A program made the position numbers and the translations under genes. 64,000 nucleotides of DNA, from assembly GCA_963804995.1 (NCBI GenBank), contig CAWDSK010000006.1, positions 1,696,001 through 1,760,000 on the forward strand. Direction: 5' to 3'. This DNA comes from an uncultured Acidobacteriota bacterium (lineage in GTDB: Bacteria > Acidobacteriota > Terriglobia > UBA7540). Positions within the stretch are counted from its first letter, which is position 1. Each line of letters begins with the position of its first letter. The notes beneath the pieces were generated by a model. The model was given only the letters and a program-made list of their open reading frames with translations. It ran no database searches and was not told the DNA's origin. Positions 10,662 to 19,690 of this stretch are shown here, piece by piece.

Positions 10662-11967
10662 GATTGAGCGCCTGGTGGGTCGGGAAGCCACGGCGGCTCT
10701 GGACTTCGAGGCGGTGGAAACGGCCGTACGCCGTCAGGCTTTGCGCTTCGCCGCGCGGGTGGTGGAGCAGCGGCTGAATGCCGACCACTCCGACTTTACC
10801 GGAGCCCGTCGGCCGTGTTCCTGCGGTCAGCCCGCGCGCTATGTAGACCGGCGGGCCAAGCCTTTCCAGACCGTGCTGGGCGAATTACGGCTGGAGCGCG
10901 CCTACTATTATTGTGCTGCCTGCCAGCGCGGGTTCTGTCCTCGTGACCAGCAGTGGGGAATGGAGGACACTTCTCTGTCCCCGGCGGTGACACGCATGGT
11001 GGGCACGGTGGGAGCCTTGGTGAGCTTTCAAGAAGGGCGTGAACTCCTCGGGGAATTGGCGGGCGTGGAAGTAAGTGCCAAGCAGGTGGAGCGTACGGCG
11101 GAGGCGCTGGGAGCGGAAGTCGCCGAGGATGAACGCCAACCGGTGGAGGCGGTGAGGGAAGGACCCTTGCCGCCCACCCTCTATCTCGGCCTGGATGGTA
11201 CCGGCATTCCCATGCGCAAGGAGGAACTCACGGGGCGAGCGGGCAAGCAGCCGGATGGCTCCGCCCAAACCCGCGAGGTCAAGGTCTGCGCCATCTGGAG
11301 CGCGGAAGCGCGCGATGCCGAAGGCCGGCCCCGGCGTGATGCTGGCTCGGTCAGCTACTCGGCGGCCATCGAGACGGCGGCCTGCCGCGACACCGACTCC
11401 CAGATCGCAGCATTTACCCAGCGCGTCGAGCGTGAGGCGAAGCGTCGAGACTTCGGGCAAGCCTCTCGCCAAGTGGTGATCGGCGACGGGGCTCCCTGGA
11501 TCTGGAACATCGCCGCGGAGGTGTTCCCGCAAGCCCTGCAAATCGTGGATCGTTACCACGTGAAGGAGCATTTGAGCCAAGTGGCCAAGGCCCTCTATGG
11601 GCAAGCGGAGGCATCCCATCGCTGGGCGCAACGTCGGCACCAAGAATTGGATGGCGGGCGTTGGCGGAGTCTGACGACGGCGCTGGCCCGCCATGCGGCC
11701 CGCTCACCGGAAGCCCGCAACTGCCTTCAGTACTTGCAGCGCAACCGGCACCGCATGCGCTACGCGGAATTTCATGCCCAGCACCTGTGTACTTCCTCAG
11801 GGGTTCTGGAGGCGGGTTGCAGGGTCGTCGTGGGGTCGCGCCTAAAACGTTCGGGCATGCATTGGACCGTGCGCGGCTCCAATGCCATCATCGCTCTGCG
11901 GTGTTACAAACTCAGCGGTCGCTTCGAAGACTTCTGGGAACGCCGGGCGCACAGGGTGGGGGCGTGA
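10612..11967 (+). CDS. ISKra4-family DDE transposase (probably expressed by frameshift from the upstream ORF)
   Basis: LDGTGIP, IGDGAPWIW, DRYHVKEHL, SGVLEAGCR...RLKRSGMHW motifs. Confidence 0.9.
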   Translation, partial: LKKTALGEALAHDLTAEIERLVGREATAALDFEAVETAVRRQALRFAARVVEQRLNADHSDFTGARRPCSCGQPARYVDRRAKPFQTVLGELRLERAYYYCAACQRGFCPRDQQWGMEDTSLSPAVTRMVGTVGALVSFQEGRELLGELAGVEVSAKQVERTAEALGAEVAEDERQPVEAVREGPLPPTLYLGLDGTGIPMRKEELTGRAGKQPDGSAQTREVKVCAIWSAEARDAEGRPRRDAGSVSYSAAIETAACRDTDSQIAAFTQRVEREAKRRDFGQASRQVVIGDGAPWIWNIAAEVFPQALQIVDRYHVKEHLSQVAKALYGQAEASHRWAQRRHQELDGGRWRSLTTALARHAARSPEARNCLQYLQRNRHRMRYAEFHAQHLCTSSGVLEAGCRVVVGSRLKRSGMHWTVRGSNAIIALRCYKLSGRFEDFWERRAHRVGA

Positions 11968-12289
11968 GCCCGCTCACTCCTTCGTCGTGCACCCCCCAAC
12001 ATTCCTCGGTGCTGAATTACTGCATGGCGTTGGAAAGGCAAGAAGCTCCCCTCCTGATTCAGAGCCTGCCCTGAGCCTGTCGAAGGGAGGGGTGGCGCGG
12101 AAGCGACGGGGTGGTTACGGCAGGCTCTCGTAGCGGCGGGTTTACCCCGCCATTTCCTGGTGGCGAGTCTGCCTCGCCACATGGCGGGATAAACCCGCCG
12201 CTACGAGAACCAGGCTACCGCGTCACCTACCTACCAGTTGACCGCGAGGGCTTGCTGTTTTTCCGGTTCAACTGACCACTGACAACTGA

Positions 12290-12836
<547 letters not shown>

Positions 12837-12858
<22 letters not shown>

Positions 12859-13085
12859 TTCTCACGTTGGAAAGTCTCTTCCGGCAGCACCGCATCGGTT
12901 TCCAATCCGGTAAGGAACTCTTCAAACGCCCTCACTCGTTCCTGGGCGGTGGACTTCGCCGTCCCGGTCTTGACCAGCGCTTCCAGGGCGCGCTCGGCAA
13001 ACTGATCGAGCGACAGGCCTTCCGACCGCGCCCGCGCCAGCAGCGCCTCGCCAATGTCCGGTTTCAATTCTACTTCCAGTTTCAT
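12837..13085 (-). CDS. Putative antitoxin
   Basis: 82-aa ORF overlapping the PIN gene; RHH-like N-terminus, C-terminal LPEETFQRENWY. Confidence 0.75.
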
Positions 13086-13384
13086 TTGGACCTCGCTCCG
13101 CGTGCAATTTCCTGTTTCTTGAAGTGCTTTTCCCTAACCCCTAATCCCGAGCCCCTAGCCCCGCGGCCCCGCGCGCGCCAACGGACTCACGCCTGGATTG
13201 AGTGTACCACGAGGCGCGGTCGCCGCCATAGATTGCGATCGCGGTCGAGCGCCTGCCTTTGCGGTTTTCCTAGCCACTAACCACTAGCCACTAACCACTG
13301 TTTTTACCATTGCGGATACGCGATGAAGAGCCGCACAGGAATCCGTCGGCTGACGGATACCTGTGCGCTACCCCGCTCGTAGCG

Positions 13385-15297
13385 GTTGCGGTAGGGATAC
13401 CGGTTACCCGGTACCCCCCGCACGGATCCGTACGTGCGCTGGTTAGCGCATACGGCTCTTATCTCGGATGTGTGGCGGCGAACCGTTGGGATGGCCAAGG
13501 ATGCACAACGTGCGGAGCAGGCAACCAGCAGGCCGCAAGCTTCCCCAGTCGGTCCCAGTTGAGGCGGTGGCGTTGACTGCGTTGACGCAGTTGCGTTCGC
13601 CACAGTCGGGTCAACCGTTCCCGAAAGATTCGCAGGCGGTCGAGGTTTCCCGGTACCGCGTGATAGTTGAAGTAGCCTTGCACGACCGACCGGAGCCATT
13701 TACCCGTATCCGCGATGGGATCGTGCCGACGCTGCCGGAGTTGTTGCTTGAGTTCCTGCAACTTCCCCCGCAGGCGCTTGCTGATCGTCTTCCGCTTCAC
13801 GGTAAATTGCCCCCTCCGGTTCTTCCCGCTGATATGCGTGAAGCCCAGAAAGTCGAACGTCTCCGGCTTACCTTCTCCTCTCCGTTTCCGGTAAAGTTCG
13901 GCAAACGGCCCGAACTCGATCCGGCGCGTTTTGTCAGGATGCAGTTCCAATCCAAACTTCCCCACCCGCTCCCGGAAATCCTCCAGAAAGCGGTCGGCTT
14001 CCGTCTGCGATTGGAATCCAAGGACCGTATCGTCGGCATACCGCACCACGACCACGTCTCCCCGGGCGTGCTTCTTGCGCCACGCCTGCACCCACAGGTC
14101 AAAGACGTAGTGCAGATAGATATTCGCCAGCAGGGGCGAGACCACCGCCCCTTGTGGCGTACCCATCTCCGTCTCCGACCATTCGCCTTCCTCCCTCACC
14201 CCGGCTTTCAGCCATTTCTGGATGAGCCGGAGAATCCGGGGGTCGGCGACGCGATGCTGCACGAACTTGAGCATCCATTCGTGGGATATCGAATCGAAAA
14301 ATCCACGAATGTCCGCGTCAAGAACGTAGTTCACGTGCTTCACCGTGAGCGCGTACGAGAGCGCGTCCAGCGCTTGATGCTGGCTGCATCCCGGTCGAAA
14401 GCCATACGAGAAGCCCAGAAAGTCTTCCTCGTAAATCGCCTTGAGGATGGTGACCACGGCCTGTTGGACGATCTTGTCCTCCAGTGCCGCAACCCCCAAC
14501 GGACGTTGCCGCCCGTCGCCTTTCGGGATATACGCCCTTCGCGAGGGCTTCGCTCGGAATGCTCCGCGGTGGACCCGGCTGTGCAGATCGACGAGTCGAC
14601 CTTCCAGCCCGCTTTCATACTCCTGCCACGTCATGCCGTCTACTCCCGGTGCAGCTTTTCGCTTCAAGGCGTAAAAGCTTTCCCGCAGCAGATCGACCGT
14701 TAAGTGGTGGAGCAAGGCCGTGAACTTCATCTCCCTGTGTTCCTTCGCGGCTTTCCGCACACCCGCGAGTCCCTGGGACACGCGTGCCCCGCTCTGTGTC
14801 GGGTGCGTGTTAGGCCAACGGGTGTTCTCCTTGATCAGCGGCCTTCCCTCCTCATTCTCCGCCAACGGCTTCCCGTCTTTGTTCAAATGATTCATCGGTA
14901 CTGTTCCGCTGTCCGACTCCTCGAGAGCGTGCAGGCGGGCTGTACGGCCATCGCCTTTTCCCGCCGTCCGGCCACGATCTACGGCGGCCGGCGCCTCCGA
15001 GGTCTCCCGGTTCTCGTGCAGAAAGTGTCTAGGCGTGTCTGGGGTCTACGACTACGCAGGACTGTGCCGGAACTCGCGTTGGCGTCCCGGCCTCATGTTG
15101 CCTTCCGTTTAGTCTGAAAACGTCGGCGTCCTGATTGGACATTTTCGAAGCTCAATACCCAGCCCACCTATTCCCCTGTTTACGCTTCACCGTGCGCCTC
15201 ACGACGCCCAGCGCAAAACTCGGGGCCGAGTGGATCGCTGCTCCTTCCTCGTGAGAAATTTTCATTCTCTGCTTTCTGCCGGTTTATCCCGGCGCAC
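13385..15297 (-). mobile_element. Group II intron (bacterial class E-like), full length 1913 nt
   Basis: 5' GTGCG at 15297; domain V GAGCCGTATGCGCTAACCAGCGCACGTACGGATC; domain VI ending CCCTACCGCAAC at 13385; EBS1 CAGACT (15111-15116) pairs with exon GGTCTG. Confidence 0.92.
13459..14895 (-). CDS. ltrA: Group II intron reverse transcriptase/maturase, no endonuclease domain
   Basis: APGVDG, RPLGV, DADIRGFFDSI, GTPQGAVVSPLLANIYL, RYADD, FDFLGF, C-terminal HPWP. Confidence 0.95.
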   Translation of the reverse strand: MNHLNKDGKPLAENEEGRPLIKENTRWPNTHPTQSGARVSQGLAGVRKAAKEHREMKFTALLHHLTVDLLRESFYALKRKAAPGVDGMTWQEYESGLEGRLVDLHSRVHRGAFRAKPSRRAYIPKGDGRQRPLGVAALEDKIVQQAVVTILKAIYEEDFLGFSYGFRPGCSQHQALDALSYALTVKHVNYVLDADIRGFFDSISHEWMLKFVQHRVADPRILRLIQKWLKAGVREEGEWSETEMGTPQGAVVSPLLANIYLHYVFDLWVQAWRKKHARGDVVVVRYADDTVLGFQSQTEADRFLEDFRERVGKFGLELHPDKTRRIEFGPFAELYRKRRGEGKPETFDFLGFTHISGKNRRGQFTVKRKTISKRLRGKLQELKQQLRQRRHDPIADTGKWLRSVVQGYFNYHAVPGNLDRLRIFRERLTRLWRTQLRQRSQRHRLNWDRLGKLAACWLPAPHVVHPWPSQRFAATHPR

Positions 15298-15508
15298 CAG
15301 ACCTCCGCCGTTGAGGTCTGCGGTTCTTCATGCGCATTGTCAACGAAAGTATCGTGGCGAAGAGGCGAGCGTGACGGGACCGCCTCGGTTTGTGATTTGT
15401 GGGTTTTGCAAACTAAGAACCGCGGACCCCAAAAACGGGGGACCGCGCTACAAAACATGGCTGGGCTCGCTCGGTGACAGCCGGCCACTTCAGAGATAGG
15501 TATCGCGC

Positions 15509-16288
15509 TCAACGCGGCGTGGAAGGTGTGGCGGACACCGGTTCAAGCAAATACTCTTCCCAAGCCAGGAAGTCCCACATTGGTTGGTCGCGATCGGGGA
15601 AGGGAGAGGGATGCCAGAGCGTTTCGGTTCTGCGAAAGCCCTTTGGGGTGAACCCGGGTCCGTCCGAAAACGTCACGACCCATATCTTGTGTTCTGAACT
15701 CTCCACAAGTTTGTTCAACGCTTCTCTAAAGGTAAGACCGCGCGGCGTGATCGTGAGCGGCTCCTCGTGTATTCCTGTGGCGTAATCGCCTCCCTCCCCG
15801 GCGCCGGGAGACAAATTGCGCGGCGAAACGATGTTTTGTGCTACTGCTTCGAGTTGCTGGTTTGCACGTCCTCCCCCCTCTTGTTGGACCTCGAAGAACT
15901 CGGGAACCTTCAAGTTCAGAAAGTTGCGACTATCGTCTACCAAATCTCGCCGGAAAACGTGAACCTCGCCTGGCTCGACTCGCAACTCGTAACCGGGGAA
16001 CTTTTGGACTATCGAGCGAAGGATGCCTTCGACGCTGTCGTCTTTCCATCTAAGACTCAAGCGCCGAGCCGTATCCTTGTCCTTCACCCATTCGATACCC
16101 ACTGGAAGCTCGAATCGCTTAGCAACCCGCAGGACGGCGTCCGCAAGGCCGTTCGCCGAAAGACTATATTGCGTCGTGTGCGTGTCAAGCTTGGCCTGCG
16201 TGTCGCTGGGCTGCACCTGACAGGGCACGTTTGCATCCGTGAAGATAATTAGCGAGAGTAACAGTACGGTGCGCATTGCACACCTCAT
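15509..16288 (-). CDS. Secreted hypothetical protein with STN-like segments
   Basis: Signal peptide MRTVLLLSLIIF; LADAVLRVAKRFELPVGIEW...SVEGILRSIV and TFREALNKLV repeats. Confidence 0.65.
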   Translation of the reverse strand: MRCAMRTVLLLSLIIFTDANVPCQVQPSDTQAKLDTHTTQYSLSANGLADAVLRVAKRFELPVGIEWVKDKDTARRLSLRWKDDSVEGILRSIVQKFPGYELRVEPGEVHVFRRDLVDDSRNFLNLKVPEFFEVQQEGGGRANQQLEAVAQNIVSPRNLSPGAGEGGDYATGIHEEPLTITPRGLTFREALNKLVESSEHKIWVVTFSDGPGFTPKGFRRTETLWHPSPFPDRDQPMWDFLAWEEYLLEPVSATPSTPR

Positions 16289-16605
16289 TTTCCATTCACC
16301 AGAATCCCATTACACTTATAGGTGATACTTTTGACGTCTGAATTGAGCGTAGTCCCAGCCACCGTCCACGTCTGGTTGGCAATCGTTTGGCCGGCCGTGC
16401 AGCATGAGCCTGAAGACTTGCACGCGGGTGCACACACCGGGAGACTCTCCGGGAACTGACCGTTCGCGTCGGTAAACTTTCCGCACGGCCCACTGGTACC
16501 CCAACAGGACCCGGTGTTGCCGCCGCACGTGGTTATATAACCCTGCAAGTTAAGCTGGTTCGTCGAAGTGTTGCAGATCACGTCCCCGAGAGCCATGTTC
16601 GCCAC
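16285..16605 (-). CDS. Cys-rich hypothetical protein, possibly a C-terminal fragment
   Basis: 106 aa with 9 Cys; stop overlaps the start of the next gene by 4 nt. Confidence 0.55.
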   Translation of the reverse strand: MANMALGDVICNTSTNQLNLQGYITTCGGNTGSCWGTSGPCGKFTDANGQFPESLPVCAPACKSSGSCCTAGQTIANQTWTVAGTTLNSDVKSITYKCNGILVNGK

Positions 16606-16823
16606 TCTAATTGGCTGGTTGGCGCAGAGCGAGCGCAGCTCTGCGATCTAGTGCGGATCAAAATAGCCAGTGTATCGTCAAGACGCACGAATCGTTCCGA
16701 TAATTGAATCGGAAGTTTGTTCCCTAGATCGGCGTCAGAGGAATCGCGGCAGCCAAGGTCGGGCATGTGAATCGCAGAGCTCGGCTCGCATTGCGCCAGC
16801 CGGCCGTTGTGCCACGGGCCTCC

Positions 16824-16951
16824 GAAGGTGTGAAAAAATACCATTTTCACCGCTGAGACGCTGAGACGCAGAGAAATGACCCTTTGTTTTCAAGCCTCTG
16901 CGCCTCCGCGTCTCCGCGGTGAAAGGTTTGATGGGATTTTTTCACAGCTTC
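16824..16951. mobile_element. MITE with IS1182-like ends and an internal inverted repeat
   Basis: TIRs GAAGGTGTGAAAAAATACCAT / ATGGGATTTTTTCACAGCTTC (19/21); resemble the adjacent IS end at 16980. Confidence 0.7.
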
Positions 16952-17064
16952 TCCTGCCCGTGACCCGACACGGGCGGGAGAAGCTGTGAAAGAATCAAAA
17001 AAAGACTGGACTAGCTGCATAGCTATGATATGCTCCCTCTCGCGTTGCCGGAGGGAGGTCCCAT

Positions 17065-17274
17065 ATGGGTTACGAGTCCACCGTGCAGGTGATTCAGCGC
17101 GGCGGCAAGAACCGCCAATGGTATCTGATTTGTCCTGCGCCCTTGGCGCAAGCCTTGGAAATCGAGAAGGGCGAGGTGATCGAATGGGTGGTGGAGGACA
17201 AGCACACGCTGGTCTTGAAGCGCACTCCCCGGCCGGCCGAGGCCTCTCCCCGGCGGAGGCGAGCGCATGAGTGA
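17065..17274 (+). CDS. Small AbrB-like IS-associated ORF
   Basis: WYLICPAPLAQALEIEKGEVIEW; GGAGG RBS; overlaps the transposase start. Confidence 0.65.
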   Translation: MGYESTVQVIQRGGKNRQWYLICPAPLAQALEIEKGEVIEWVVEDKHTLVLKRTPRPAEASPRRRRAHE

Positions 17275-18100
17275 CGGCATAGAGCAGGGGCAGCCAGCGC
17301 TGTGGGCGGAGGGCGAAAGGCCCAGCCCGCCACCTGAGCCGCAGAAGACGGAGCCAGCGCCCCAGCCCTCGGCGCGTTTTCAGGCGGTGAACCGGCAGCA
17401 GATGGTCTGGCGGGCGGTGGACGTGGAGCAGTTGCTGGAGCCCGACCACCTGGCGCGGGCGATTTGGGAAATGAGTGGGCGGCTGGACCTGACGCCTTAC
17501 ACCGTCGAGGTGCCGGCGGTGGAGGAAGTGAAGAAGCAGAACGGGCGAGCGCCCGGGCAGATGATTGTGGATGAGGGCTATACCACGCGGGAGAATGTGC
17601 TGGCGGCGGCGGAGCGGGGCGTGGACCTGATCGGGGGCACGATGGAAAAGGATGCCGAGGCCGTACGGCAGGGCCTGAAGCAGCGCGGCCTCGACCCGGC
17701 CTTTTATCCCCAAAACTTCCGCTACCACCCGGAGACCAATTCTTACGGTTGTCCGGCGGGTAAGATCCTCGCTTATCAAAGGACCCGACACGATCGGGTG
17801 GGGGTGGAGCATCAGGTTTACCAAGCACGCGCGGCGGACTGCCGGAATTGTGCGTGGCGCGCGGCGTGTCAGCCGGGTAAGCAGGGGCGCCGGATCGTGC
17901 GCAGTGAGAATGTCCCCGCGGTGGCGGCGTATGTGGCCAAGATGCAGACCGCGGCGGCGCGCGCTGCCTATCGCCGGCGCGCTCCGGTGGCGGAATTCAG
18001 CAACCTGTGGCTGAAGGCCAAGCTCGCGGACTCCGGCAGTTCTGCGTGCGCGGCTTGCAGAAAGCCCATTGCGGTATTGCATTCGAGGGCGCGCAGTTGA
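17267..18100 (+). pseudogene. IS1182-family transposase relic (internal deletion plus 3' frameshift)
   Basis: N-terminal VEQLLEPDHLARAIW joined directly to VDEGY, CPAGK, C..C...C, YRRRAPVAE; GLRQFCVRGL is out of frame; left end GAAGCTGTGAAAGAATC at 16980. Confidence 0.85.
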
Positions 18101-18336
18101 CGGTCCGCCAATCTTAAGGGCGGACGGCCCTTCCAGCGGGGTGGGCTGTCGCCGCACTGCGAACGGGATAATCGGAATTCTTGTGGGCCGCGCCGCCCAA
18201 GCCGCGTCGTGGTGGAAAAGCCGCCCGCCATTAAGATCGGCGGGCTGGAGAGCGAGCCTTGCGCTACATTTTGTTTTGGGTGCCCGCCCAATGCCCCACG
18301 GTAGCTAACAGCTGACAGCCGACAGCTAAAAGCTAG

Positions 18337-18450
18337 TGTAGTGTCCAGGAAATGGCTGGACAAATGTGTTGGCCGTAGCGCCGGCATCCTGCCGGCAAAT
18401 GCCGCCAAGATGGCGGCGCTACGATGTCCAGTTAATTACCGGACACCACA
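18337..18450. mobile_element. MITE inserted at CTAG, carrying a GTAG-REP doublet
   Basis: CTAG duplicated at 18333-18336 and 18451-18454; TIRs TGTAGTGTCC/GGACACCACA; empty site seen in the inverted copy near 26660. Confidence 0.85.
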
Positions 18451-18625
18451 CTAGCAGCTCTCAGCCCTCAGCTTTCAGCTCTCAGTTTTCTGTTGTAGCG
18501 CGGGTGTCCTCACCCGCGTGTTCGAGGTGACGAGACACGTACAGCGCGGGTGGGAACACTCGTATTAAACGCAGGTGGGGACACCCGCGCTACAAGCTGA
18601 CACCTCACAGCCGACAGACGGCACC

Positions 18626-19090
18626 GGGGCTTGGGACTAGGGATTCGGGGTTAGGGATTAGGGGTTTTTGGGTTGGGAATTCGGGATACGGGACACGGGT
18701 TACGGGGTTCGGCATTTTGGATTGGGGGCCAGGGGTTTAGGGATTAGGGGTTGGGGGTTAGACTCCTGGCTCCTAGCTCCCAACTCCTCACTCCTAGCTT
18801 CTAACTCCTGGCTTCTGGCTCCCAGCTCCTAGGAGCCCGTCGGAGATAGATTTCGTTGTACGTAGAATTAATAACTTAGCGAGATTCGAGTGTCTGTAAG
18901 TTGTTGATTCTTCGTTGACGAATTATTATTTCCGACACACTCCTAGCTTTTGACTCCTGACTCCTATCCCCCAGCCCCCCATCCCGAGTCGCGAATCCCG
19001 ATTCCCGATTCCAGATTCCAGATTTGAGATCGCCGAGTCCCGAATCCCGAACCCCCTAATCCCCAACCCCTAGCCCCGAATTCCTAGCCC
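18626..19090. repeat. Degenerate heptamer tandem arrays (GGGATTN then complementary C-rich units)
   Basis: 7-nt periodic G-rich run followed by C-rich CTCCTAG/AATCCCG runs. Confidence 0.85.
18833..18942. mobile_element. MITE inserted at CTAG inside the heptamer array
   Basis: CTAG at 18829-18832 and 18943-18946; TIRs GAGCCCGTCGGAGATA / TATTTCCGACACACTC; AT-rich core. Confidence 0.75.
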
Positions 19091-19690
19091 GCATTTCTCA
19101 TCACGGCTTTGGAAGGGCGGGGTTTAACCCCCGTCGTTAAAGGCCCTTTCTGATGGTTTCCGCGCCCGCCACGATCGAACAGCTTGTCCGGGCGCGCGGA
19201 GGCAAATTTCGGAGTGCGGGAGCTCGCTCCCGCTTTTTCTACCGCTGACTCGTCAGCGCTGAGTGATTCGCCGCGACGAGTCGCGGCGTTGGAAAGCGGC
19301 GACGAGTCGCCGCACTCCAAACTTCGGTTCGCTTCCCGTGGTGAGAATTGCGGGCTAGTCCCTAGTCCCCAGCCCCATATCCCGTCTCCCGTATCCCGTA
19401 ACCCGTGCCCCGTTTCCCGGCCGTCGAGACCTCTCTCCACTCCGACATTATGTCCCCTCCGGGCGTCCCAGATGTTACGCATAGCGGGGCATAGCGAGCG
19501 AGGTCCCACCAAAAAGCTCCGTGATGGGACAGGAAATACCTCGCACCGCGATGTCCGGATCGTCGTCCGGCCCGGGCGTTACGTTTTCCTAAATGCCCAT
19601 TCGAACCATCCCAAATCCTCCGCCCAAGGATCGACCGTTACCGCCTGCCCCGGCAGGGACTGCGCCGACCATCGGCGACCCGTGGCTCGG

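Larger units (their letters stand above)
10174..11994 (+). mobile_element. Complete ISKra4-family insertion sequence (1821 bp)
   Basis: Terminal inverted repeats GGGTGCACG/CGTGCACCC; 9-bp direct repeat CCCAACATT at 10165-10173 and 11995-12003. Confidence 0.9.

Noticed and set aside
13468..14703. 411-aa ORF antisense to the intron RT
   Set aside because: Antisense shadow of a GC-rich gene; no motifs, while the opposite strand has all RT domains
13459..14895. RT as retron, DGR or CRISPR-associated RT
   Set aside because: Flanked by clear group II intron 5' GTGCG, domain V and domain VI; no template/variable repeat pair or cas genes
16847..18157. 436-aa minus-strand ORF
   Set aside because: Antisense to the IS1182 relic; Arg/Pro-rich with no motifs
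18300..19420. Possible CRISPR array in the repeat-rich region
   Set aside because: Repeats are degenerate 7-mers and palindromes with no constant repeat-spacer period
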